Below, in pieces: positions 28,033 through 37,485 of a DNA stretch of 64,000 nt; position 1 is the first letter of the stretch, and each line of letters opens with the position of its first letter. Both the position numbers and the translations under genes were made by a program. The notes beneath the pieces were generated by a model. The model had not been told where the DNA came from. It searched no databases and saw only the letters and a list, made by a program, of their open reading frames with translations. This stretch comes from Candidatus Heimdallarchaeota archaeon (GTDB lineage Archaea > Asgardarchaeota > Heimdallarchaeia > Hodarchaeales > Hodarchaeaceae): NCBI GenBank assembly GCA_048881705.1, contig JBHLSH010000002.1, forward strand, positions 114,109 through 178,108, in the 5' to 3' direction.

Positions 28033-28066
28033 GGAAATTCCACTGAAGTTTGGTTAGAAGATGAAA

Positions 28067-28720
28067 CTAGGAATGCTTGACAATAAGAACCTTGAGATAG
28101 TCTGTTCCTTCCTCAGCTTCAATGGTGATGCGGGTTGAGGCATTTAGGAGTCGGGCTGTACCCCTGGGTAAACGATCATTTACAGCATTTTCTAAAACTA
28201 TATAATAAAGATCTCGTACTTCGTCCCTAATTTCTTCTACCTGCCGAGAGAGACGAGCAGCCTCATCATAGTCCTCAAGAAACGCCTTGTTTGCGCTTAT
28301 AAATAGATTTATTACTACTGAAGTCTTTTCTAAAATCAGATCAAATTCTTTGGGAAAATAAGTTTCGTCAATTTTCTTCAGACACAAAATCCTGACTGCG
28401 CGCTCAATTCTTCCCAACAGTTTGTCAACATTAAGCATCATAAGATGGCGTTCCTCTCGAATCTGAGGGAGATAAGCCTGTTTTCGAAAAATCGATTCGA
28501 AAAAAATATCTTTTACTTTATCGCCTTCCTTTTCAAATTGAATAATCTCATCTCGAAGTGAAAGTCCCGTATCGAAGTTTTGGGTGCGCCAGGCCTTAAT
28601 AGCCTCCACATACTTTCCGTATGCTACCTTGACAGCATCCAACATTTGAAAGAATAGCTCCTCAACAACTTTCTGGATCTTTTTGTCTTTTATTACGTGA
28701 CCAAAATATTCGCCGGACAT
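28067..28720 (-). CDS. DUF47 (PhoU-like) phosphate transport regulator
   Basis: All-helical 217 aa with EKEGDKVK...YLPQIREE; directly upstream of pit as is typical. Confidence 0.8.
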   Translation of the reverse strand: MSGEYFGHVIKDKKIQKVVEELFFQMLDAVKVAYGKYVEAIKAWRTQNFDTGLSLRDEIIQFEKEGDKVKDIFFESIFRKQAYLPQIREERHLMMLNVDKLLGRIERAVRILCLKKIDETYFPKEFDLILEKTSVVINLFISANKAFLEDYDEAARLSRQVEEIRDEVRDLYYIVLENAVNDRLPRGTARLLNASTRITIEAEEGTDYLKVLIVKHS

Positions 28721-28790
28721 TTTTTAGCTCACCGTGAGTTGTTTTCTTTCTAACGCCTAGTATAAAAGGTAGTTTCGACTTCTTTTGAAG

Positions 28791-30893
28791 TTATGTCATT
28801 GAGAACAATATTGCCATGAGGTTTTCTAGCAGCACTGAAGCTTGGTTAAGGTTCTCAGTTCTATCTTTGGAGTAATACGCAGAAATAAGAGGCAATAATT
28901 TAGCGAATTTGACCTCATTATCAATTTTTGAAACCGTTACGTCTGTTATCTGAGAATAATCTTCAACGTCAGTATCTAGCTTTCGATTCAGCTCCTTAAA
29001 CGAAAGATTAACAATATTTTTTGACTTAGAGGAAACTTTGCGGCATACCAGAATAAAATCACGATTTAAGCCTTTGACGGGGCGTGCTCCAAATTCACTA
29101 CGTACGGGTAAGGCAGCAGTGACTTGAAATTCACTTTTGGCTAGAGTAAACAGAATTATATTCCACCCGCTACTTGTGGCATGATGAAAGGTGAATACCA
29201 ATGGTGCTTCGTTTTTCAAGACGCGATGACATTCCTTAAAGATCCTGAAAAGTCCCGTCTGGAAGTTTTGATGACTTTTTTGGGAGCCTAGGTCTTGGTC
29301 GCTTTGAATAAGGTCTGATCGAAATCCAGGATAATCCGAAGAGGATAGTAATTGTTTTAACCAGACATAAAAGAAATTAGAGATTTCTGAATACTGAATA
29401 TAATCCAGATACGGGGGATCCGTTAAGATAAAATCAATAGATTCGCTGGGAATAGATTTCATCAGTTTCTCTGAACTTCCACACTGTAGCAGCACATCAC
29501 TAGCCTGGCTTGCGACGAGACGGGAGAATGAAGCTACCTGTTTCGCCTTGATGGAGTCCCCATCAATAGGAATACGGACTTTCGAGCCATTTTGAACTGA
29601 AACTTCGAATGGTGCTTCACAGTATGCTTTGGCTTTTCTAATCCGATCCAGGTACGTTAGGAAAGTGCCATTACCCTTCTTACCTCCCCACACATTGTTC
29701 TCTACGAACATTGTAGGTACAAGAAAAGTCTGATAATTGAAAACATTGACAATCTGCTTCATAGTATAGTTATAGGGACATAAAACTGTGTGAAATTCCA
29801 AGCTGCTTGAGAATGCAGCTGCAAAATACTCCTTATGGTTTTGGTCAGGAATTTGAGCTATAGACTTTAGAAGAAGGCCTAGACATAAGAGCTGGCGCGA
29901 GTTAAACAAGTCAGTAAAACAATCAAATCCATAATTTCGAAGATTACTCGTTGTAGAAGCGTCCGGAATTCTCTCTCTTGGAAAGGGCAATTCATCGGCG
30001 CGCTGGTCGAACTCGGATTTAGTACGGTTATATCTGTATATATCCTCGTTGGCGACTGGTTTATAATCACGAGTTCCACATCGATTACAGAAATACTCAA
30101 TAGCGACTTGTCGAGCCCCCCATTTGTACTGAAGTATTTTAAGAACATCAAGCAATCGAAAAGATTGATTACAACTAGTGCAGGTGAACTCTTTTTTACG
30201 ACAGTTTCCATCGATAGGAATGAACGCAAATCCACATCTTGGACATGATATAGTGCTTGTAACAGGTGATTTGGAATAAAATAGGTGATCGCAATCTGGA
30301 CAAATCACCATGGTTTCGGAGCTTTTTCTCTGTTTTTTTCCAATAATATAATACTTGAAGAGATCTTCGTATGAATGGCACGAAGGACATTGAATGGTTC
30401 TGACCCAAAAAGTATACATAATATCTGCCGTTTCATCTTGGCATTGAGGGCACTGAGTTTGATAATACGTTTTAAGCTTGATACCAATCCCTTGATTCAG
30501 CCCCTCAGCTATCTGGTTAAATTTGGCCAGGTTAAACGGGTCAAATTCCTTTCTTGTCGTAAAAAGGGCGATTGGATTTATATCAAATCCAATGGTCTTT
30601 AACCCTAGACGATGAAGCTCAACTAAACTCGTACCTCCCCCGCAAAAAGGGTCCAAAGCAATTTTATTTTTATAATCGTGGTTTTCATAGTACGCACCCG
30701 TACCAGGAATATTTGAATCAAAAAGAGGAGAATGAGAAAAGTGGGCCAGCCCGATAGCCCTACATGTACTTCCTGGTCGGCGTGCCCAACTTTTGTGTAT
30801 TGAATATATTGGCCGATAAAACTGTCTTCGTTGCGATTCAATTTCTGCTAGTGTAGATACATGTTCGAGCGGAAAACGACTTTCTAGGGTCAC
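28791..30893 (-). CDS. Zn-ribbon-containing amino-DNA methyltransferase (COG1743/DUF1156-like), copy 2
   Basis: RPIYSIHKSWARRP, DPFCGGGTS, six CxxC pairs, ENNVWG, DFILTDPPY, FTFHH. Likely start is GTG 30893 after AGGAG; the track start 30965 overlaps the upstream gene. Confidence 0.9.
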   Translation of the reverse strand: MTLESRFPLEHVSTLAEIESQRRQFYRPIYSIHKSWARRPGSTCRAIGLAHFSHSPLFDSNIPGTGAYYENHDYKNKIALDPFCGGGTSLVELHRLGLKTIGFDINPIALFTTRKEFDPFNLAKFNQIAEGLNQGIGIKLKTYYQTQCPQCQDETADIMYTFWVRTIQCPSCHSYEDLFKYYIIGKKQRKSSETMVICPDCDHLFYSKSPVTSTISCPRCGFAFIPIDGNCRKKEFTCTSCNQSFRLLDVLKILQYKWGARQVAIEYFCNRCGTRDYKPVANEDIYRYNRTKSEFDQRADELPFPRERIPDASTTSNLRNYGFDCFTDLFNSRQLLCLGLLLKSIAQIPDQNHKEYFAAAFSSSLEFHTVLCPYNYTMKQIVNVFNYQTFLVPTMFVENNVWGGKKGNGTFLTYLDRIRKAKAYCEAPFEVSVQNGSKVRIPIDGDSIKAKQVASFSRLVASQASDVLLQCGSSEKLMKSIPSESIDFILTDPPYLDYIQYSEISNFFYVWLKQLLSSSDYPGFRSDLIQSDQDLGSQKSHQNFQTGLFRIFKECHRVLKNEAPLVFTFHHATSSGWNIILFTLAKSEFQVTAALPVRSEFGARPVKGLNRDFILVCRKVSSKSKNIVNLSFKELNRKLDTDVEDYSQITDVTVSKIDNEVKFAKLLPLISAYYSKDRTENLNQASVLLENLMAILFSMT

Positions 30894-30918
30894 ATTGTTC
30901 TCCTTTAAGGTTCCGGTT

Positions 30919-33189
30919 TTATTTGTAACGAGAGAGTTCCGTGATAAGTACAGAATGGAGACCATCCACGAATTTAGAATCCAGACCTAGGGTCTCTGCG
31001 ATTATTAGGTCAATCTGGTATAGGGGATTGATTGGATCCTTCTGAATGGACTTAAGGATTTTCAAGAAGGTGGGTCTCTTTTTGACAGGATTTTGAGAGA
31101 CAAGTTGTACCAATTCCCTTAAATTCTTTTTCTTTGCTAAAGGAACGTTAGAAAAATCTACATGGCGAAAGAATTCCATGTCTGGGCCAAGAATCTGTCC
31201 ATAGTTTCCACTAATTGGTCTCCACACCGCTAGAATATTAAAAATTCCAAAGCTACTCGTTAAATAGCAAAAATACCAGAAAGACTCTTGCGGATCCATG
31301 TTAATGCTCATAAAACCATCCCCTACGTGCAATGGTTTATGTGAATAGAAAGCGATTGTTTTTGTTGTACTCCATCCAATTTTCTGTGGTATGGCTAGAT
31401 GAGTTTCTCGCTCTATCGGCGGATATAGGCTAATAGAATGAACTCTAGGGTTGAGACCATTTGATTTCAACCAATCACCGAAGATAATACTGGATTGATT
31501 CACTCTGATATAATAGGTTTGAGGGGCTCCTTCAGGTATCAGATTAGGATATTCAGCCATTTCATTATATCTTTTCATTGAGCGTACGATATCTGTCTGA
31601 GGAAATCTGAATCGTCTTTGCCCCCCTTTCCTGGTCTGAATATTAATGTGAGTCGGTGTTATTGAAACGATTTCCCAGATTTTATTTGGCAGGCTATAGA
31701 GCCGGACTGGCGCTACCCGATTTCCTCGAATGATTTCTGCTCGGTCAGTGACGGGACTAGTTTTCGTTTTGATCGTGCGCCATAAACGTACAAAATCGTA
31801 TGATCGAAAAAACACAGTCCAACGATTAACATAGAACTCTCTTTTCGAAACTGAAAGCAAACGAAAATCCTGAAAATCACCATCGGAAACGGTATATTTT
31901 ATGGTGTTTGCCAAATCATCGATTTCATCCAAGGATTTGGCAGTAAGAGATTCCTGGAGAATAATTATTTTGATTGGCCCATCGTAGTTCTTCCTTGCGA
32001 TGAGAATTATTTCCTCAAATGAGGAATCTGAAAACGCGGGTTCCACATCTGATTTGATGAGATATTCGATATTGACTGTCTGAAGCAGATATCGCACAAT
32101 AGGTGATGTACTTTCCGTATAAAATATTGAAAAGGGTAATACAAAAGCAACCGTCCCACCAGGTTTAAGGAAATGAGAAGCGGCAAGCAGAAAATAGCCG
32201 TGTAACCCGAGATGCTTCTTGTCGATAAACTTATTGGCGGAAAAACCTCGCTTTTCAAACCATGCACATAAATGTTCTTTATACTGCGAATCCAGACGAT
32301 CCCCTTGTGTAAATGGAGGATTTCCAAGCAAAACATTGAATTTATTCGGCCTCTCACCTTGATAGCTCCCTTTATCTGTTGGGTTAAAATAGGAACCCAG
32401 TGTTCTGTTTCCGTCTATCTCAAACGCATCTGTACAGACGATGTCTGCACGATATGTCATATTCAAGGCAGCTTGAAGGCTGAGATTCATCGATGCGAAC
32501 AAGCATGCCAAAGGCGAGATATCCGAGCCAAACGTATTTCGGAGAATGGATTGTTCTGGAAAAGTCGGATCAATTTGTTTTCTTCTTTGATATGAAGCAA
32601 CGAGGAGGCCCCCCGAACCACAGGCGGGATCAAAAATCGTGTCAGAGGCTTCTTCTATTGCCAAATTAGCAAGAAATCGGCTAGCTGGAATAGAGGTATG
32701 ATATGCTGCTAAAATTTTGCGATAGGAAGGAGGAAAAGAACGTTGTAAACTAAATCCTAAGAAATCATGTTCGGCTACATATGTTTTATAACGATCTAAA
32801 ACCTTGATGATCAAGATAACACGATCAAGAGTAATTTGATGATTCTTAAGCGTTGAAACCGTTGGAATTGAAAATAACTCGAGACCATTTACTTCAAATA
32901 TCCTGTCAAACAGAGCCTTGAGATCAAAAATCGACTCAATTTGGTTTAATGGCTTTAAACCAAGTTGAGGTGAGCGTTCATTTAATATCAGGTAATACAA
33001 GATTTGAGCAATAAGTAGGTGGGCAATGACAGATTGTGAAAAAGTAGAAAATTCTTCTGGTTTCCATCTGTTAAAGATTCGGCCTAAATCCTGCTGTATA
33101 TGCCTTTTAAAATCCGCAGTTTGGTTAAAATGCTTGGTTTCGACATATGATACTAGTTCAGAAGTGATATCTTCGATAATTTTTGGCAT
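30919..33189 (-). CDS. Gamma-class N6-adenine DNA methyltransferase with C-terminal TRD, no nuclease domain
   Basis: AYHTS (YYTP-like), DPACGSGGLL, FGSDIS, VLLGNPPF, LKPGGTVAFVLP. Probable start ATG 33189 (MPKIIED); the track uses TTG 33246. Confidence 0.9.
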   Translation of the reverse strand: MPKIIEDITSELVSYVETKHFNQTADFKRHIQQDLGRIFNRWKPEEFSTFSQSVIAHLLIAQILYYLILNERSPQLGLKPLNQIESIFDLKALFDRIFEVNGLELFSIPTVSTLKNHQITLDRVILIIKVLDRYKTYVAEHDFLGFSLQRSFPPSYRKILAAYHTSIPASRFLANLAIEEASDTIFDPACGSGGLLVASYQRRKQIDPTFPEQSILRNTFGSDISPLACLFASMNLSLQAALNMTYRADIVCTDAFEIDGNRTLGSYFNPTDKGSYQGERPNKFNVLLGNPPFTQGDRLDSQYKEHLCAWFEKRGFSANKFIDKKHLGLHGYFLLAASHFLKPGGTVAFVLPFSIFYTESTSPIVRYLLQTVNIEYLIKSDVEPAFSDSSFEEIILIARKNYDGPIKIIILQESLTAKSLDEIDDLANTIKYTVSDGDFQDFRLLSVSKREFYVNRWTVFFRSYDFVRLWRTIKTKTSPVTDRAEIIRGNRVAPVRLYSLPNKIWEIVSITPTHINIQTRKGGQRRFRFPQTDIVRSMKRYNEMAEYPNLIPEGAPQTYYIRVNQSSIIFGDWLKSNGLNPRVHSISLYPPIERETHLAIPQKIGWSTTKTIAFYSHKPLHVGDGFMSINMDPQESFWYFCYLTSSFGIFNILAVWRPISGNYGQILGPDMEFFRHVDFSNVPLAKKKNLRELVQLVSQNPVKKRPTFLKILKSIQKDPINPLYQIDLIIAETLGLDSKFVDGLHSVLITELSRYK

Positions 33190-33412
33190 AGGAGGAGTTT
33201 GAGAGTTCTTGGACCCATTAAAGGGTTTCAAAAGATATTTCAGCAACTCGTTTGGCAGATTCTTCGAAATAATAATTCACTCCGTAGTTTTAACGATCCT
33301 GCCTGCGATTTCGCTCCTCCGCAAATAATACCATGACTCGTCAGTCTCTTTACAAAAAGGCTTATTTCAAGTTCTTTATTGTTAATCATTTTACATCTAG
33401 AGCATTTTTGAA

Positions 33413-34594
33413 TTATGGATTAGTGAATGGGTTTAATTTTTCTAAAAAACGAACTGCAATTTGAGATTGGACTTCTGTTCCTTTTTCTAGCCATCGATTC
33501 ATAATGGACTCCAGTGTCATGTCGAGATCAGGAAAATCTTCATCAGTAACATTGTTATTCACAATTTTATCTTCAATGATTTCTTCAAGCGCGTTTTCAA
33601 TCAGATCCTTAGTTTTTATACAGATTGATGGTGTACCCAACCATGGAATAAGGTGTTGAAGCGCTTCAAAGGGCGCGGCTCCAATAAGCTGAGCAACCAC
33701 ATGCTTCAAGATCCATTCAACATTCTCATCTGATATGTTGAGTACGGGTCGAAGGTAGCCTAGGGCACGCCGGGGTTGGGAACGTCCAGGTACTTCAACA
33801 CCATGAATTAACCAATCTACAAGATAGGGTTCCTGGCTTTCTACCCACTCTTTTGTATACACGAACATTTCCTCTGGATAATTACGCCAGGAGGCATAAA
33901 GGATGAAGTCTAATGCACGAGTATATGGCTCTTTTTTCAATAATAATAACCTACGATATGATTCTAGTTTCTGTAAGTCCGGCTGGGGATTATAGAAATG
34001 ATCGATCAGTAGAAGAAAGGGGACAATTGATGGGGATATGGATGTAATTTCCTGAAAGGTTAGCGAAGTTAAAGATATTTGCTCCATTTTCAAGGTTTTG
34101 GCAATAATCTCGCCTGCTTTCTTCAGTGATGGAAAATGATTCTTTCGATCCCATTTCTCCAAATCCTTGGTCACGGCATCAAAGTCTCGACTTTGTATCT
34201 TTCTCCAAACCGATTGAATCTCTTTGCTTATTTCATTCTGCGTTTCAGGTGTCAATTGCGTCAAATCTGGATATAAAGGGGATCCTTTGGAGTCGATCTG
34301 ATTTGGTATCTGGATAGATTCAACCGATCCTAATGATTTAAGGACTATCAGCTTTATTGCTTCTGTTGTTCCCTTCAAGTGATCAGATTTTTCTTGTAGT
34401 ATTGCTTCGATCCGTTCAGATTGCCTCTCAGAGATCTTCCAGCGTTTTCTCTCTTCTTCAGTAAGTCTTAATGATACATATCCCTTTGAAAGCCAAATAT
34501 CGATCTTGTTGTCCCAATAAAGCTCTCGAAGAATTGGGATCCATGATGGATCCAGTTGAGCGACCGAAACGGAGTTTAAATCTGCAAAAGTCAT
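33413..34594 (-). CDS. Protein with C-terminal HEAT/ARM repeats (AlkC/AlkD DNA alkylation repair-like)
   Basis: TKEWVESQEPYLVDW...RALGYLRPVLNISDENVEWILKHVVAQL...LIPWL repeat pattern. Confidence 0.55.
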   Translation of the reverse strand: MTFADLNSVSVAQLDPSWIPILRELYWDNKIDIWLSKGYVSLRLTEEERKRWKISERQSERIEAILQEKSDHLKGTTEAIKLIVLKSLGSVESIQIPNQIDSKGSPLYPDLTQLTPETQNEISKEIQSVWRKIQSRDFDAVTKDLEKWDRKNHFPSLKKAGEIIAKTLKMEQISLTSLTFQEITSISPSIVPFLLLIDHFYNPQPDLQKLESYRRLLLLKKEPYTRALDFILYASWRNYPEEMFVYTKEWVESQEPYLVDWLIHGVEVPGRSQPRRALGYLRPVLNISDENVEWILKHVVAQLIGAAPFEALQHLIPWLGTPSICIKTKDLIENALEEIIEDKIVNNNVTDEDFPDLDMTLESIMNRWLEKGTEVQSQIAVRFLEKLNPFTNP

Positions 34595-34735
34595 TCATTT
34601 CAACCCTTGCCCCGATATTTGTAGCATTCATTTGAATGTTGGTTTTCTACTTGGAGCTTTTTGACCACGATTTCGCCCAAGGCTAGGTAGGCTCAGGACA
34701 TGAATCACGCTTTAGGTCGTCTTAGGTAGATTTTA

Positions 34736-35672
34736 TTACGGAAAAAGCCAGGCCAATGGAGTCTCGGATATATCTTGGCTTTTTGAGGAGGGGGTAGAGC
34801 TGTAATGTAAGGATCGGATCAGTTCGAATAGCAAATCAGGTACACAAGGGTATCCGACGATAAGCCGCGCCCCGTAATGCATGAATGTTTCAATCCGTGT
34901 CTTAAAATTCCATGATGATAGTACGTAATGTTGAAAGCGAGAGCGTAATATCCTTTGGGCCACTTGAGGTAATCTCTCCCACTCAGCTGAAAGAATACGG
35001 GGATTAATTTTTTCCTGCTTGAGTTCCAGTAAAATCGGTTTTCTCCGTAAGAGGTACTTCACAACTATCCTTACAGCCTCCTCCTCTGGAAGGAGTTGAG
35101 CCATCGGTGTATATATTGCATACGGGCCTGGAAGATGGTTAGAAAGGACGGCCCTAGGATCGCCATAGAGGAGGAACGGTATGATTGACCCGTAATTTTT
35201 GATGAATTTGCATATAAGCTTGGATGACAGATTTTCACCCCCCAGAAAAACACACTCAGTGGTCAGGGCTCTCACTCTAGTAAGAATATTATGAAATGCT
35301 TTGGCTAGTGGAATTGCAGAGTCAACAGATGAGTAATCAGGGGAACCGGCGACAATATTAAACATCAGGTTGGGATATTTGTCAGCGATTCGGAGATAGT
35401 TTTCTAGTAGGAAATTCCGGTTTTTATAAAACTCTGCACTCCGAACAGACACGGTTAGCACGATACGATTCCGGATCTGATCCAAAATGACTCTGAGCTG
35501 CTCTGGTGTCAAGAGCCATTCTTGGCCTTCATAATCAAGAAAAATAAATTGATGATATTGGTCGGCATATATGATGGTTTCTAAATACTCCCGCGTTGTG
35601 CTGAAATCTGAGCGCTTAAGCGCAATTCCCGTTATATTCGGCCCGTTCTTAGCTAGGAACGTGATCCCTCAT
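34736..35672 (-). CDS. TIM-barrel protein (MetF-like/luciferase-like) with apparent +1 frameshift at codon 2-3
   Basis: The frame stays open 53 codons upstream of the track start without ATG/GTG/TTG. ATG 35672 follows GGTG. Removing one G from GGG 35666-35668 gives MRITFLAKNGPNITGIALKR. LTVSVR...NIVAGSPD resembles MetF HLTxR...GDP. Confidence 0.6.
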
Positions 35673-35837
35673 TCGTCTCACACCAATATGAATTGAACCC
35701 TCCTTGTTTTAAGAACCCTAAAACACGGCAATGTTTGTAATCTTTTTTGAAAGAACTCCGAATCTATCTACTCTTCATTTTTCCCCATCTTTAAGGATTA
35801 TGCAGTTAACCCTCGCTCTATGAGCAATGGTACATCC

Positions 35838-36572
35838 TTAAGAATTACCAGGGGAAAATATTTCGAATATATTTATGCCTTGAAGTCCCAACAACAACCA
35901 AATCGCATAAACCAGGCTTAAAGCTGCTATTGATAGATTTATTACCCGTGTTACCCGTTTTTGTCCGAATTTTTGTGCTGGATAGTTAACTGAGACACCA
36001 TATCCGATCATGCCAATAATAACACCAGTTGTGAAGAGTAGAACACCAAAAAGAATACTAAGAAGATCTTGTATGCCCAGAGTCAAGGTAAATAGTAATA
36101 GTAGCTCATCATTGCTCGCTATGCCATGAATAACGCCAATTCCAACCATAGTACCGTGCTCGCGCTGTGAAGAGGATGAAAGATGAACATGAAGGTGAGT
36201 GTGTTCCTTCGCCTCGTCTACTTCTACGCCATGGGAATGCCTATGAAAATGTATTAGATTGAATTCCCAAGCGATCGTAAAAATTGCGATGATTATAAGC
36301 ATAACAGGAACAAGCAATTCTAGATTTGCGAGCATCGGGAGAAAAATACTCTCACGGAAGATAAATAAAACAATAGTTAGCACTGTAGCCGTCGCCATAT
36401 GACCTAAAGCCCATGATACACTTAATGAAATCGTTTTCCTTGTTGTCTGGGAATGAGTCAATAGACCAGAGACCGCCACAAGATGATCAGCATCAAAAGC
36501 ATGTTTTATACCCAAAAGTACCGCTATGACCAGTAATCCAAGTATATATGATGTTTCTAGCGTGCTTTCCAT
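35838..36572 (-). CDS. Ni/Co transporter, HoxN/NixA/UreH-like
   Basis: LGIKHAFDADHLVAV, His-rich loop HFHRHSH...HTHLHVH, GVIHGIA. Confidence 0.88.
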   Translation of the reverse strand: MESTLETSYILGLLVIAVLLGIKHAFDADHLVAVSGLLTHSQTTRKTISLSVSWALGHMATATVLTIVLFIFRESIFLPMLANLELLVPVMLIIIAIFTIAWEFNLIHFHRHSHGVEVDEAKEHTHLHVHLSSSSQREHGTMVGIGVIHGIASNDELLLLFTLTLGIQDLLSILFGVLLFTTGVIIGMIGYGVSVNYPAQKFGQKRVTRVINLSIAALSLVYAIWLLLGLQGINIFEIFSPGNS

Positions 36573-36694
36573 TCCTCCAGCATTAGGCTGGCTTAGCTAG
36601 TTTGTGCAAACTCTTATGGAAATCGATTATATATCTATTTTCGTAGGTTTCGTTTTATCTTAGAAGAAAATAGGATTGGCTATTAACCGTGATA

Positions 36695-37384
36695 CTAGAT
36701 TAACATTTTTTGTGCGGCAATGCCAATCCAGCCAGGAGCATGACGTATTTTCCGAATAATGAGATTTTCACGTTCAAATAATTTGATAAAGGAACCTAGT
36801 TTAATTGGTTCCTCAAATCCAAAAATCCACTGCCCTGAATGCTCGAGATACCACCTATTGATGCGGTATGGGATATCTGGAGTCGGAACCCAACTTATAA
36901 GCCATCCATCTGGCTTAACATGCTTACTGTGGTTATGAAAAGCAATCTTTTGGATGGATGGTTTGAAATGTTCCAATAATCCATGGGAATGAACGATTTC
37001 GAACTGATTGGAAAGGGAAAGATCAAGTACATCTTCTAATATGAAATTCGCTCCAATTTGGGCATGTTTAAATCGTTGCTTGGCCATTGCTAGAGCCAAT
37101 GGAGAAGTATCAACAAGTGTCGGCTGTAAATTGTAAAATTTGGCCAAACGAAGAGAGTTTTGCCCGGTTGAAGCTCCGATTTCTAACATGCGACCTTGAG
37201 GGATTTTTAATCCCTGTAAAAGCCAACGATAGTTGCGCCAGACGGTAAAAAAGTAATATGCTCGAATTATAATTGAATTGGTTGAATGAGCATAAGCATC
37301 CCAATCAGCTTGGGGGATTGACATCATTTTCGAAAAAACAACGCAGATAATTAAATCGTTTCGCTCCTTAGGGCATCTTACCAA
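36695..37384 (-). CDS. Class I SAM-dependent methyltransferase
   Basis: MLEIGASTG, LVDTS, VHSHGLLEHF, VKPDGWL. The true start may be ATG 37327. Confidence 0.85.
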   Translation of the reverse strand: MVRCPKERNDLIICVVFSKMMSIPQADWDAYAHSTNSIIIRAYYFFTVWRNYRWLLQGLKIPQGRMLEIGASTGQNSLRLAKFYNLQPTLVDTSPLALAMAKQRFKHAQIGANFILEDVLDLSLSNQFEIVHSHGLLEHFKPSIQKIAFHNHSKHVKPDGWLISWVPTPDIPYRINRWYLEHSGQWIFGFEEPIKLGSFIKLFERENLIIRKIRHAPGWIGIAAQKMLI

Positions 37385-37485
37385 CAGCTAGCGCGTTTAA
37401 GTGTATTCAAAGGCTATCATTGACGAATTATTTCGTCATAGTCAATTAAATCGTGAGTGTTTCAACTATTATCTTAAGGAGTTCA

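Noticed and set aside
33246-33370. In-frame TGA 11 codons upstream of MTase 3 as selenocysteine read-through
   Set aside because: No Cys/Sec-type motif and no SECIS-like hairpin were seen. A good ATG exists at 33189.
35838-36572. Ni transporter as part of a nickel-cofactor pathway with DUF362
   Set aside because: It is more than 13 kb from either DUF362 gene, with no larBCE, urease or hydrogenase genes in the window.
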